The position numbers and the translations under genes were made by a program. Positions 48,938 through 63,545 of a DNA stretch of 64,000 bases are shown here, piece by piece. Position 1 is the stretch's first letter; each line of letters opens with the position of its first letter. The DNA is from Antedon mediterranea (taxonomy: Eukaryota; Animalia; Echinodermata). The DNA lies in NCBI RefSeq assembly GCF_964355755.1, contig NC_092675.1, forward strand, positions 12,271,812-12,335,811. The letters run 5' to 3'. Under the pieces are notes generated by a model. The model did not search any database. It saw only the letters and a program-made list of their open reading frames with translations, and was not told the DNA's origin.

Positions 48938-51900
48938 TCATAGTCATAGTCATATATACTTTATTGTCCATTTAAAAAAACAGAAATGTGATTTGAAAAC
49001 TGGCAAAATACAAAAATTTAAATATCAAATACAATTTACAAAAACACACACAAAAAGTTAAGACGCTAAAAATTGTTAAAATTAGATAAAAATTATTATT
49101 ATTTAATTATATTATATGATTTATTATTATATTGCACTAACGATGATTTAAAGTTTATATGAAAGCATTAAAAATACATGCGTGAGCTATAAAAATAAAC
49201 AAAAGCGGTTACATTTTATCTTTGTACTCTGGAGTTATATAAGTGTATAGCATTAGGTACAAACGAGCACCTAAACCGTTTTGTTTTGGTATTAAGTGCA
49301 CGTAATCTTATGCCAGAATTAATGAGGGCAAATTGTTTGTGAAGAGGATGTGTTTCATCATCAATGATACTTTTTACTTTTTTTTTAACACATTTTCTTT
49401 ATACAAGGATTCAACATCAGGTAAGTGCTCTCCTACTATTCTAATTGCTCTATTTCCTATTCGATTAAGTTTAATTTTATCTTTTTGCATTGTATTACCA
49501 TAAAAACAACAAACATTACAAAAAAGTATTACACTGAGAATTACAGAGTTATAAAACAATTTAAGTATAGTTTTGTCAATTTGTAGGTACTTCATTTTTC
49601 TTAAAATAAACATCCTTTGGTTGGCTTTGCATGTGGCTTTATTTACATTATTTATCCAATTTAGCTTATTGTCAATTATACAACCCAGATATTTGTACTC
49701 ATTTACTACTTCAATCTCATTTTTATTTATAATCAGAGGTTCTAAGGGTTCTTTAATTTCCCTAAAATCAATTTGCATTTCTTTTGTTTTCTTTATGTTT
49801 AGTTTCAGGTTGTTATTGCAGCACCAGTGATAAAAATCGCACCCTAGTTGTCTATAGCTTGTTTCATCATTGCTTTTAATATACAACATTCATTTGAATT
49901 GGCTCTGAAACTGCTGGTGAACAGTGATAACAACATTGGGGAGATAACAGACCCTTGTGGCGTGCCAATGCTAACAGTTCTTTTATCAGATAAAATACCG
50001 TTTAGTTTAACATACTGGAACCTTTTTGTTAAGAAATTATATATCCATGAAGTCAATGTGTCGTTTACGTTCATTTCTTTAAGTTTGCGTACTAATGAAC
50101 CAGGTTCAACGGTATTAAAAGCACTAGAAAAATCTATATACAAACATCTTACATATGATTTAGGCACATCTAAATGTTGGTAAATATTATGTAAGTGGAA
50201 GAGCACAGCATCTTCAACACTTCTATTACTCTGATAGGCAAATTGGAGAGGATCGAGAAAAAATTTGGTCTGATCAAGCAACTGCCTGAGTACAATCTTT
50301 TCTAGGCACTTACCAACATTGGATGTGATAGCTATTGGCCTATAGTCATTAAGTTCCTTGGGATTTTTTATCTTAGGAATTGGTGAGATACAGGCCGTTT
50401 TCTATTGATTGGGCACTGTACCACTTGCTAAACTCTCATTAAAAAGTTTGGTATATATCGGTGCCAACTCTTGGTTGCAGTATTTAATAACACGATTTCC
50501 AATTCCATCAGGGCCAGTACTTTTACCAGGCTTTATTTTGGCGAATACATTACGCACATCAACTACATTTATGACTGCATTGTTTACTAATGAAGTCTCA
50601 TTTTCGCGAGTTACTGTGTCTTCATTTTCATTTTTGGTAACTAATATCTCGGATTCAAAACGACAGAAAATGTTGTTTAAGTCATTAGCGAAGTTCTCAC
50701 TTCCATGTACACGCAATATGGTTTCTTTGTAGCCGGTTAGTGTTTTAATTGCCTTCCATGCTGCTTTAGGATTTTTGTCTTTAAATTTATTTTCAAGTGT
50801 TTTTTTGTATTTCAGTTTGCTATTTTTTATACACTTGTTTATTTCCTTTTGACTTTAGGAGTATCTTTTCCTCTATGCGCTATACGCTTATCTTGTAACA
50901 GTTTCCTTAGTTGGTTAGAGATCCATGGTTTTTCATTTGCATACATCTTTTTTGTTACTTTAGGTATAACCATATCAACACAAAAGGATATGTATGCTGA
51001 GATTTTCATCGAGCAAAATATCCCAATCAGTACATGCTAGACAGCCACGCAACTTTTCAACCACCTCTGTACTCCACAACTGCTGTTGTATAACTACTGG
51101 TTTTGACTGTTTTAATTTTGACTTGTATTTTGGCATAATATGTATATTGTTATGATCAGAATTTCCAAGTTTTGAACAGATTTTGCTTGTGTATACTTTT
51201 TTCACACTGCAGTAGCATAAGTCCAGTGTAGCACTGCCTCTTGTTTCTACAGAGATTGCTTGTTCATAAGTAGGTAGCACATCCTTCAAAGTGCATTTGT
51301 TGAAGTCTCCTAGAATTATTTGTGGAGCGTCCGGTGCCATTGTTTCATACCGGTGAACAGTACTGGAAATAGTCTCACTCGCATTATCAATATTTGCATT
51401 TGGGTGTATGTAGCACACTGTAAGGAAAATTTGAGAAAATTTTTGTGATAGATAGAAGGGTCTTGCACTTATGTTCAGTAATTCTAAATCCGGCGTACAG
51501 AGTTGTCCACGTATCCTCCAGTTACTACACCATGCTTTATTTATGTAAAAACATACTCCTCCTCCTCGTTTTTTCCCGACTCTACAGTTCTATCCGCTCT
51601 AGCTAATTCAAAATTACTTAGTACTAATTCGCTGTCAATAATATTATTATTAAGCCATGTCTCTGTGAAACATATCACTGAAACTTCTCTGTATTCAAAC
51701 ATGTATTTAGAACATGCTCTGAGTTTGTCAATTTTATTTGACAGAGATCTCACATTTCCTAAAATCATCGATGGAAGTGGTGGTTTAGACTTACGTTTTC
51801 TAAGGCGCTTTCGAATACCTCCACCTTTACCCCTTTTCCTTAACTTGACTTCCCGTGGAAACTGACAATAGCCTTCAGGTTTTGGGCTATCGCGACGCCT
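48938..51900 (-). mobile_element. Rex1/Babar-type LINE inserted in the BEL integrase
   Basis: PPLPSMILGNVRSL, FTETWL, LGDFN, SDH; RT LQFAYQ, IDFSSAFNT, GTPQG; KANQRMFILRKM; (TATGAC)n tail. Confidence 0.9.
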
Positions 51901-54900
51901 GAGGCTGTTTGATACGTCAAAGGTCTAGAATTAAGTATACCTTCTGCGCCAATGATAGCGGTAATTAACCCCTCATCTGAAATATCAGCCTTGCTTAATA
52001 TTGCATACATTGCTTTTTTTGCGGATTTAATTAAGCTTTCATGTGCGCCTCCAAAATGCGGAGCTAAAGGTGGATTGAAACGCCATTTAATTCTTTCACG
52101 AGCCATTTGGCTATTCATTTTACTTGTATCCAACAATTTTATTACTTCACGTAATTCCCTCTCTCCGCCAACAAAATTAGTTCCGTTATCTAACAGTACA
52201 ATTTTTGGCTGACCCCTTCTACTACAAAATCTATAAAACGCATTTAAAAATGTATCGGTATCCAACCTAAAAGCCATTTCCAAATGTACGGCGCGTGTAG
52301 CCAAACACGTAAAAAGACACAAGTATCGTTTAGTCTGTGCTTTTCCCCTACCCTGTTTTGTTAAAAATGGACCACCGTAATCCACCGCTACATCTTCAAA
52401 CGCTCTTAAGCTGCCAATTTTAGTCCTAATTACCGGCAATGGTGCCATAATCTGGCTTGCAGTTGTTGCCTTTTTACGTTTACATACTAGATCTATTTTC
52501 GCAATCTCTAATTTCCTCTCTACCTGCTATAACCCAATATTTTTCGGATAGTTTTGTTAGTGTATAATTGACACCTGCTACGTGGTTTCCCTGCATATGA
52601 TATTTATCAACAATTAATCTAGTGATTACATTTTTTCTAGGTAAAATTTCCGGGATACCTAACATCATAAGGAAGAGACTCATTTAATTCAAGTCTACAT
52701 GTCGCTCTAATAACGCCCTCTTCGTCAATTTTTGGACTTAGAGAACTTATACTACTGTTGTTATGAACCGATTCGTTTTATTTAATTGTTTAATTTCAGG
52801 TTTAAATGCATTATTTTGTGCTTGTTTAATTAGTGCCCACTCTGCCTTAAAAACTTCAGTGACACTTAAACATACCCTTATTCTATCCCCCTTCTTAGTC
52901 ATAGAATTTGTAATAAACCAAGTAAAGTATGCAAGGACATTAACTAGTTTGTGCCACTTAGAAAATCTAGTAGGATTTAATCTCCAATCACTGTCATGCT
53001 ACACTTTTTCAATGTTTTCTACTATTTCTATCTTATTCTCTGGCCATCTATTTTCAGTTAACTTTAAAAAATCTGGCCCTTCCCACCATACTCTATTGTT
53101 ACTTAAACTAGCTGCAGAACACCCCCTAGAAGCAATATCTGCCGGGTTTACTTGTGTTGGTATATATCTCCACTGATCTGGGTTAGTTGCGCCCTGAAGT
53201 TCGCCTATCCGATTGGCTACGAACGACTTAAAGTTTCTACTTCGTCCTCTAACCCACCATAGAACATTCATGCTATCCGACCATAATGTTACTTTTCTTA
53301 GGTCAATATCTAATACCCTTGCTACAGATTTTACCAACTTAAGTCCTAAAATAACAATAGCTCTAGTCTCGGTATACTTATAGCTTTTAAAGGTGATACT
53401 TTAGTTTTTGATGCTACACATTTTGTTATCGCTCTCTAAAGTGATTAAATAAATTACAGCAGCATAAGCTTCCACAGAAGCGTCACAAACTACATGCAAG
53501 TTAAGTTCTCCATTTCCACTTGGCCATAAACACCTATCAATTTTAATCTGGTTCAGATACTGTAAGTTTAAAATCCATTCTCGGAATTTTCAACCCCAAC
53601 TCCCCTTCAATAGGCTCATCCCAGGTCATACCCGTTTCCCAAATTCGTTGCATGAGGACTTTTGCCAATATTATAACTAGTGATACAAACCCAATGGGAT
53701 AGAATACTGATGAGAGTTTACTTAACACATTACGCTTAGTTAAGGATTCCACTGTAAGTTTCTCGGGAACTTCAAAGTGAAATTTATCTACCTCAGTATT
53801 CCAGTTCAAACCTTTTGTTTTTGTTGTCGGTAGTTTATTTAATGCCATATCTACTGATTTGGCCCTTTGTTCTATGGGAATACATTCCAAAACCCTCTTT
53901 GAATTTGATATCCATTTTCGGGGTACCATACGCGCTTGATTCCAAAGTTTTACTAACTGCTTGTACAATTCCACCCCTGTCCTTTCATCCTTAACAGAAT
54001 CTAACGAATCATCCATATAAGTAGAATTTAACACAGTGTCGGCCGCTAATGGGAACTTAACTTGATTCATTCGTGCATTTTGCTTAGCTACGGTTAAAGC
54101 AATAAATGGAGAGGCATTAATTCCAAAAACCACCCTTTGGTGTTCGTAAACCGTGGGCTCTATAGATACATCTAAATCCCTCCAAAGAAAACTATGCATC
54201 GGCTTATCCTCCGCCCCATACAATTCTATTTGTAGATACATTTCCGATATATCACACATTACAGCTATTCTATTCAGTTTAAACCGCATCAAAACATCAA
54301 ATAATTCTTTTAGAATGTTTGGCCCAGGGCTTATTGCGTCATTTAAACTAAAACCCCTGAATTTAGCTGCTGCATCGTATACCATACGAACTTTGATAGT
54401 TTCCCTGTCCATTTTTACGACAGGAAAATGTGGTAAAAACTCATTGTTGTGTAGGTGTTTGCTCATTATAGTCTACTTTCCTTATATATCCTTTGTCTAG
54501 ATGTGCGTCAATAACTTTCTTGTATGCATAACATATAAACATACAACATATCAACATGATTTCTATTTCTGTCAACTTCTGGAAATTCAATATCTTTTAA
54601 ATGTTCCCAATCCTTTCCAATTCTATTCCAGGGTTTTGGCTTTAAATTGCCAGTCACATTATCAGTCATCAATGCATTAAGTTTATATTTAATACTTTTA
54701 TTTTTTTTTATTGGCGATATTTCAAATTTAACATTGTGTGTACTAAACGTTGTCGTTTCCCATTTAAGGTTCCCACCGTTACCTCTTCAATAGGGCCACT
54801 TAGTTCCAGTTCATTACATACTTCACTATTTATGTATGATTTCCCAGGCATTTAAAACATAACTGACACCTTTTTGCCAGTTCCCAACGTTCCTTAACTA

Positions 54901-55287
54901 GGAGGCCCTTAAATTTCTGACACTTCCATAACATATGTGCCTTATTACAGCATTTAACAGTTTCATTATAACCAACGTTAGACTTAGGTTGAGCCTCCGG
55001 GGCATTACCATGATACGTTTTGTGCCTAACGCCTTGGACACCCCTAGCATTTTCATATTCAAGATGTCTACCAAACATAGTGCTTGCTATTTTTGTCTGC
55101 TGTTCTACAAATTTAAGGAGATCGTTAAACGTTGGCTCGTTCTTTTCTAAAATATCATGCGCCTTATTCACCCATTTAATTTACAATGGTTTGGGAAGTA
55201 ATGATTGGACCTTTAAAATATTAGAGGTACTGTTAAGATCACATGTATACCCAATCTGATTTAACGTCAACTCGCATTGTTTCATAT

Positions 55288-58200
55288 CAGATAATTCAGA
55301 TAATTCAGATAATATTTATTTAGATAATAATGAATGAATATATACAAAATAGAAAAAAGATATTAAAGTGAACATAGATAAAGCAGTAATTGGTAGTCAT
55401 TATTATCATGGATCCCTTCTAGAAGTTGAAAACTTGTCTCGTAGGGACCCACAACAAAACACATTACTAAAAAAATAAAAATAACCTAGAATATATAATT
55501 AAGGATAAAAAAATTACAGTATAATAACATAACTAACATCTTCTTTATAACAATTATTTAAATTATATTTCAATAGTTTCATGATAATTATAAATGAAAT
55601 AACTACCGATATTGGTAAATGAAAAAAAAAAATATGTATACATAAATTATAATTCCAGTATATATATAGTATATACTATATATACATTATATATAGTATA
55701 GATTAAAGATTGCAATAATGAACAACAACTAATATTTTGTGTAAGACATAAATAGTATATGAGTATAAATAATGATAATAAGCATATTAACTAAGCAGTA
55801 TAATATTTAGATATATAATGATTCTTTAACTTTTTTTCGGAAAGTAAATAATGATATTGACGTTTTGATATTTGGTGGGATATGATTCCACAAATTAGGA
55901 CCTGATATAGTTATAAAAAATTTAGTTTTAGTAAGTCTAGCAAAAGGAATGTTTAAATGAGAAGTTCTTAAATTGTAATTGTGAAATTTGGTACGTTTAC
56001 AGAGCATATCAATCATAGAAATAGGAAGTTGGTTTTTAAAATAATTAAACATAAAACTGGCAACTTGAATATTGTGGATATTCGTTAATTTTAATATACC
56101 AAGACGTTTAAAAAGGGGTTCAGATGAGGTTCTATATGGTGAAAAAGTAATAATTCTAGCTGCACGTTTTTGTAATTTAGTTAATCTAGCAATATTAGAA
56201 GAGTAATCTGCAGCCCAAATAATGTTACAATACTGGAAATAAGGAAGTACAAGTGTGTTATAAAGAGAAATTAAAATATTTAGAGGGAAGAATTGCTTAA
56301 GTCTGTTAATAATACTAATAGATCTTGATATTTTTTTCGAAACGTAATTTTGATGACTGGTCCATTTGAGGTTTTCATGAATATATACACCTAAAAAAAG
56401 TGTTTCAGTTTTGCGTTCAATTTGAATTCCGTCAAGAAGTATATTTAGGTCATCAACTTTTAGTTTACGTTGAGAATTGTGAAAAATTAAATAATTTGTT
56501 TTAAGAGTATTAATAAGTAATTTGTTTGAAATAAACCAGTCACAAAATTTTGTTAATTCATCATTGAATGTAGTAAATAATAAATCAATATTGGAATTAG
56601 AGTAAAATAAGGTGGTGTCGTCGGCGAAGGATATTACTTGCAATTTGTTACTGACATTAGCCAGATCATTAACATAAATAAGGAAGAGCAATGGCCCAAG
56701 CACAGATCCCTGTGGCACTCCGCAAGTAATATCCATCGTCGACGATGTACAAGATCCTAATGCAACATATTGTTTTCTATCTTTCAAATAACTATTAAAC
56801 CAATTCAATGAAATACTTCTAATTCCATAGCACTCAAGTTTTTTAATTAAATTATCGTGATTAATAACATCGAAGGCCTTTGAAAGATCAATAAATAAAC
56901 TTAATAAATTTTCTTTTGATTCAAATGAATTTTTAATATTATTAATAAGATCTAAAACGGCATGGGATGTAGAGTGATTTTTTCGAAAACCATATTGGCG
57001 TTTATTAAGTATATCAAATTTTGTGAGATAATCAGAAAGTTTAGAATACATGAGTTTTTCAATAATTTTGAAAAACACTGAAAGTAGTGATATTGGCCGG
57101 TAATTAGATAATTGACTTCGTTCACCTTTCTTGAAAATGGGCACAACTTTAGCTAGTTTTAAGTGTGTTGGAAAAGTGCCAGATAAAAAAGATGCATTTA
57201 TACAATGGGTAAGTTGGTGGATGATTAAGGGAGATACAGATTTTAAGACACGAGCAGTAATACCGTCAGATCCAGACCCTTTATTAGAATTTAGATTGTA
57301 TATAGTTAGGTTAACATCATCAATTGAAACTGGGCTAATATAAAATGAGTTGGCAAACGCAGAATGAAGATAAGATAATGGATCAGTTATATTAGTTGGC
57401 ATACTATTAATAAGATTAGGACCAATTGTAGAAAAATAGTTGTTAAACGATTCACATATCTCTTTTTGAGTTTTGTAAATATTATCACCGTCTTTAATTA
57501 GATTCGGGTGCTTGTTATTATTATTACCTTTATTTAAAACAGAAATTTATTACAAGCCATGTGTTCTTCAGATTACCTTTATATCTATCAAACTGGGAAG
57601 TATAATAATTCTTTTTAGCAGTGCGACAAAGATTAGTGAAAATATTATTATATTTTGTATAGTTTAATTTGTCATTATTACTACGTGTGTGCATATATTT
57701 GTTATAAAGTTTATGTTTTCGAAAACGTTTTATTTGATTTTATACTACTTTTAACCAAGTGTCTGGAAGGGATATTTGTAAATTTTTCAATAAATATATC
57801 AAAACTCAATCTTGGGTCACAATCAAATATCATAGACCAGTCTTCACCTTCTAAATCAATCGATAAGGCATTTAGGTCGTTTATACGAAATGAATAGTTG
57901 GCGCTATTATCATCAAGGTTTTGATCATTAATTTCTTGATCAATGAACTGAAATATAGGAAGGTGGTCGGAGATATCATTAAGTAAAACACCAGCAACTA
58001 TTTTATAGTTAGATTGTTTGGAATAAAAATGATCAATCAAGGTGGCCGAAGTTGAGGTAATCCTAGTTGGTTTTGAAATAGTTGGGAAAAAAGAATGGGA
58101 AATTAAAGTATTTAGGTAGGTGTTTGTTAATTTATGGTTATGGAATTTTAATAAATCAATATTGAAGTCTCCCATGAGATGACAATTTTTGTTTTCATTG

Positions 58201-58985
58201 TTATTTTGGGTTAATACATTATCGACGGATTTAGTAAAAGAATCTAGCCCTCCACAGGGGGCTCTGTAAATAATGCTTATAATATCATTTTTTGTCTTTG
58301 AATTTTCAATCTCAACAAAAAGTGATTCGGAAAGGTCGTCTGGTAATTTTAAGTCATTTCGAATTGTAATGCTAATATCATTACGTATAAAAAATGCAAC
58401 TCCTCCGTCAATTTGATTATTGCTTCTATTGCTTGCAAAGAAGGAGTAGTTATTAATGAAAGGAATAGGGGAGTTTTCATTAAGCCATGTTTCACTGATT
58501 CCGATTATAGAAAATTTGTTATTAATTGAATTCAAAAGGCATTCGAGATCATTAACTTTATGCGTAATACTTCTAATATTAAGATGCAGGAGAGATAGTT
58601 TAGTATTAAAGGATGTATTAAACTTAGAATTAAATTGTGAATAATCATAAAAGCTGCATTCATCTAGGGTAACTGACTGTGAATTGAGATTATTAATTAG
58701 TTGATCAAAAGATTCATCATATTTGTCATTTTCATTGTAATTAACTGGATTAAAGGTTATGTTAGAAATATCATTGTTGTTAGTAAGTTCAGAGTTCACA
58801 TTAAAGTCATAAAAAGGAAGTAAGTGAAGATAATTAACATTCATTAACAATAGCTGCGTATAGCGTTATCTAAAAAAGAAATACAGCAATAAGCATGCAT
58901 GAGACTGTATACATTAATACATAATTAATGAGAAGCAAAATAAACAATTCTTGAAATAAAAATTTATTATAGGTAATATTTCGGT
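55288..58985 (-). mobile_element. CR1-group LINE ORF2 (APE-RT) with 3' UTR
   Basis: HLNIRS, ISETWL, MGDFNID, ISDHLP; NYRPISLL, QYGFR, IDLSKAFD, GVPQGSVLGP, FADDT. (AATTATCTG)n tail at 55288-55314. Confidence 0.92.
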
Positions 58986-61900
58986 TTTTTCATTTCATTT
59001 CATTTCATTTCATAGTAACATTTATTTCCTTCATAATATACAAAATAAATAATATAATACAAAATTCATGACGAGAAGAAAGATAGTTAAAACAATACAA
59101 TTTTTTTCTCATCTTTAACATGAATAAAACAATATTATGAAGGAGGCACAATTTCTAAAAAGCAAAAGCTTGTGTTGAAAGTGCCTGAACAAAACAAAAA
59201 GTAACTAAAATCAAATTAGTAAATAATAGTAAATGGTATATAGGAATAAAGTAATTACCATAACGGACTATGAAAACAATAAAAAACTGATACCTAGAAT
59301 ATAACTAGTTAATTAATTTACTTTTGTATTAGATATTGTTTAGTGTTAAAGACGAAGCTATGTTTGTTTGCAGAAGTTGTAATTTTGTTAGGAAGTGAGT
59401 TCCATATCTTGGGTCCAGTAAATCTAATATTATGTTGAAAAGAAGTCTTTTTGTGTTTAGGAATATGAAGGTTATTGAGGATTCTTGTGGAATAGCCGTG
59501 AAATTCATAATTGGGAGAAAACATATCGCGTAAATGAGATGGAAGAAGAGCATTTTGGCTTTTGTAAATAAATAAACATTGTTGGAAAATATTAATATCT
59601 GTTAATTTTAATAATTTGAGAGAACGAAATAAAGGATCTGTACTAGTTCTAGGTGAAACATTCGAAATTATTCGAATGATTTTCTTTTGTAGTATTTGAA
59701 GTTTATTTAAATTGGATGGGAATGTGTTACACCAAACGATATTGCAATATAAAAGATATGGCAAAACAAGGGAGCAGTAGAGTGTTCGAAGAATATGATG
59801 TGGAAGAAAAGATGCCAGTCTACAAATTATACCAATATTTTTTTAGATTTTGTTTTCTGTCTCAATAACATGGGGTTTCCATGTCAGACGACTATCAATG
59901 GATACACCCAAAAATGTAGCATGATTGACCATGGGGAGAACAGAACCATTTAGTTTAATTTGCAATGGACCTAATTTAATCGGCATCGTACTACTTCTAA
60001 ACAAAACATAGCTGCACTTTTTTAGATTTACAGAAAGGCTGTTTGCCAGAAACCATTCGGATACATTAATTAAACTTGTATATACAGTGTTAAATAACGA
60101 CTCTAAGTGTCGATTTTTACAGATTAGTGTTGTGTCATCTGCATATAAAAAGTAAGATAAAGATACTGACGAATTGTAAATATCATTCACATATAAAAGA
60201 AACAGAAGAGGACCTAGTAATGAACCTTGTGGTACTCCACAGGTAATAGGCAAATAGTCAGATTGGGAATCACAAAACTTGGTACATTGGTAGCGGTTGG
60301 ATAAATAGCTCTTAAATAAATTGAGAGGAACACCGCGAATACCATAGTGATACAGTTTTGAAAGAAGAATGGGATGGTTAATGGTATCGAATGCTTTCGA
60401 TAGATCGACAAAAACACCAATTGCAGACTCATCATTTTCAAATGCATCTATTATTTCATTGGACAAGTCAATTAAGGCCATTGCGGTATCAAAATGTTTG
60501 CGAAATCCAAATTGCTTATTGAATAGAATATTATTTTTTTCCATAAAGGCATAGGTTCTATTATAGATAATTCTTTCTAATATTTTAGAAAATAGCGAAA
60601 GGACTGAGATCGGTCGGTAATTAGATAAAGTGTCCTTTTTTCCTGCTTTAAAGATGGGAGTAACTCTTGCCAATTTCAATTTATTTGGAAAAACTCCTTT
60701 TGTTAAAGACAGATTAAATATGTGACATAGAGGTTTAACCAAAAGGGAAATTGATTGTTTTTAAACAATCAATTTCCCTTTTATTAAAATAACTTTTGGA
60801 CTGAATTCATCAAGTCCTTGCGCTTTATTAGTTTTAAAACACTTGACAATATCTATAATTTCTGTATCAGACACTGGACACATAAATAAAGAGTTTAAAG
60901 TAGGTAAGGGCAAATACGTTTTAAAATCAGATTGATCGGTTGGCAATTTTTTTGAAAGAGTTGGTCCAATTTCGACAAAAAACTTATTGAATTCATTTGC
61001 GATTTGAGACGGGTCTTCAATGGATTCACCATTATTGCCTGTTAGAACAACTTTCGTATTCAAATTCGGAGACCTTTTAATCAAGGAGTTAATTACGCGC
61101 CAAGTACCTTTAATATCATGTTGACATTGAGTAAATCTGTTTTGATAGTATTCGGTTTTAACACGTTTAATAAGTGAATTTAAGGTATTACGGAATTTAG
61201 TGTATTTTATTTTATTATGATTGGTAGGATTATTTAGGTATTTAGCATATAACTTGTGTTTATATTTAGTAGATTGCAACAGACCATTTGACATCCAAGG
61301 TTTTAATTTTGTGTTTTTTTTACTTTGCGTAGTCATTGGAAAATGTTTATTATATAAAAGTTTTAATTTAGTTTCAAAAGTATTATAAGCTTGATTAGGT
61401 TCTTGCAATAAGTTCACATCGTTCCATGTTATTACGCTAAGCTCTCGTTTAAATTGTTCGATGTTATTTTCATTAATTTTCCTAAAAGGTTTTTTTGGAG
61501 GTCTACTGACTGCTTGAGTATTTTTGTATGTTAAGGTAGATATAGAAAAAACAGGTAGGTGATCGGAAATATCGCAATAGAGCTGACCACTAGCGAGGTG
61601 TAAATCAGGCTGGTTGGTTAATATGTTATCAATAAGAGTAGCACTATTTGATGTTATCCTAGTAGGTCTAAGTATTAGCGGTAAATAAAAGTTGCTAAAA
61701 AGAGTGTTTACAAAATTGTTAGTTGTGGTTTCATAAGTATATTGCAAAATATCTATATTGAAATCACCCAACAGATATACCAGCTTATTTTCAGTTGAAA
61801 AAGAGTATGAAGTAGGTTATCTAGGATATCATTGAATGCATTGATATTCAAAGACGGAGCACGATAGATTGTTCCCACGATGATATTTTTCCCATGTATC

Positions 61901-63485
61901 TGTTCTATTTCAATAAATATCGATTCACATATTGATTCATCTGTTGTTAAATCATTACGGACAGTAACTGATACATTGTTTCGTACGTACAGGGCTACGC
62001 CACCACCCGCCTTAGATTTCCTATTTCTAGAAAAAATATTATAACCCGGCATATCTGTTAGGGGATTATTGTCATACTGTAGCCAAGATTCAGTAATAGC
62101 AATAACATCAAAGTCAAATTCAAGTGTAAGAAGAAAACGTTTTAAAGAATCCATCTTGCCCAAGAGACTACGTGTATTAAAATGGATAGTAGACAAAATA
62201 TTTTTATCATTGTTATGCTTAGAGAAATTCTCTGAGAATGTTTCTGGATCAAAATAATTAGATTCATTTAAACTAGCATAAAATTGAGAGTGTGGATCAA
62301 CATTTATATTCATGTTCTCGTATGCCACAAAAGGGTTAAATTTCACATCAGTTGTAGGGTTGGATTGGCACATTAATTATTATAGGTATCATAGATAATT
62401 TAAACATTAGGTAAAAGTTAACAATAATATAATAAAATAAAAAACTAAATATAACAATAATTAAACATAAAACAATTCCGTTTAGTGCTGCCGTATTACT
62501 AATACATAGGTAGCGTAAGCGTTGCAATCCCCGTGTATAAAACGGAGAATAATTTATTAGGTATGCAACCGGGTATGCAAAGGTATAATTTGCATAATGG
62601 TACGTAGCGGACATGCTTGGAATTTAAACAAGCAAAGCCAGGTTAAATATACTGACATTACAAAATGAAAGAAGGCAGAAAAAAAGAAACCATTCATATC
62701 CCAGTTCCTCAAAACACCGTAAAAGTTACTTGAATATATAGGGAGTCCCCGTAGAAGTTTGCCATTTACCAGCAGAGAATTTAAGTTTAGTTCCATTGTC
62801 ATATAAAGCTTTAACTTGAAATTTCCATTTCTTCTTTTCTTTATAATCCACTAAGGTCAGATCATCTATCACGTAAACTGTTTATCTTGTAAGGCAATAT
62901 TCTTCTGTTTCATGACTTGAACTTTAGAGTTATAACTAAGTAGTTTAATTATAATGTGTCGGGGCCTCACCGGCAGTAGCCCTACAGGACCGACTCGATG
63001 TGCACGCTCTATCGTTGGTATTTCACTAAATTCAAAGTTATCTATTAGAATGTTCCTGGCCAAGACAACATAATCCTCACCTGATTCTTCTTTAAGTCCC
63101 ACAATTCGAACGTTGTTACGTCGGCTGAAGCGTTCGGATTTGTTGGCCTCTAGTTCGAGCTTCGCAACCGTAGATGATAATTTATCAACCGTTTGTTCGA
63201 GTTGACCAATCTTGTTAGCCTTGATAATATCGTTTTCTTCGAGTGCTGCGATTCTGTCCGAGTTAAATCCAATAGCTTGGTTCAAATCCTCTTTAATTTT
63301 TGCCTGCCCATCTAATAATGATTTTAGGGAAGCATGTACAAAATTGTTAAAGTCCACAGGGTTGGAACAAGCACTTTCAATATCGGCTGGGCGAGAGCGA
63401 GTCTGGTGGCCATGATGCATACACGCCGTGTAAATTGTAGTCAAATGAGGAGCGCTCGCTATACACGTCTTATCCTGAGCACGTC
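58986..63485 (-). mobile_element. Full-length CR1-group LINE (ORF1 + ORF2, frameshifted)
   Basis: (ATGAA)n tail at 58990-59013. ORF2 pieces 59318-62373 (HFNTRS, ITESWL, GVPQGSLLGP, YADDT). ORF1 at ~62725-63444. 5' end near GACGTGTATAGCGAGCGCTCC. Confidence 0.92.
62725..63444 (-). pseudogene. LINE ORF1 (coiled coil plus L1-type RRM/CTD), frameshift near 62870
   Basis: ERFSRRNNVRIVGLKE, IERAHRVG, PRHIIIKL; continues in another frame as VIDDLT. Confidence 0.8.
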
Positions 63486-63545
63486 ATTGATTGAATTGAC
63501 GGTAAGTAGAGTCAAAGTAAAGTTAAATTATTGCGACGACTAGAA

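Larger units (their letters stand above)
48425..55287 (-). mobile_element. Second BEL/Pao element (internal region only), split by insertions
   Basis: Gag CCHC (54830-55171), RT (YDAAAK, DISEMY, YMDD), RNase H (WSDSM, NPADIASRG), integrase (DYGGPF, DNGTNF, NSRPLTY). The integrase continues after the LINE as LTPNHFLHGQMGG (48860-48935) and KRWRRVQELIKHVWNRWVKEWLP (48430-48535). Confidence 0.9.

Noticed and set aside
29561-62257. Numerous antisense ORFs overlapping TE pol genes (e.g. 32744-33049, 37268-37723, 50409-50732)
   Set aside because: Shadow frames of TE coding sequence.
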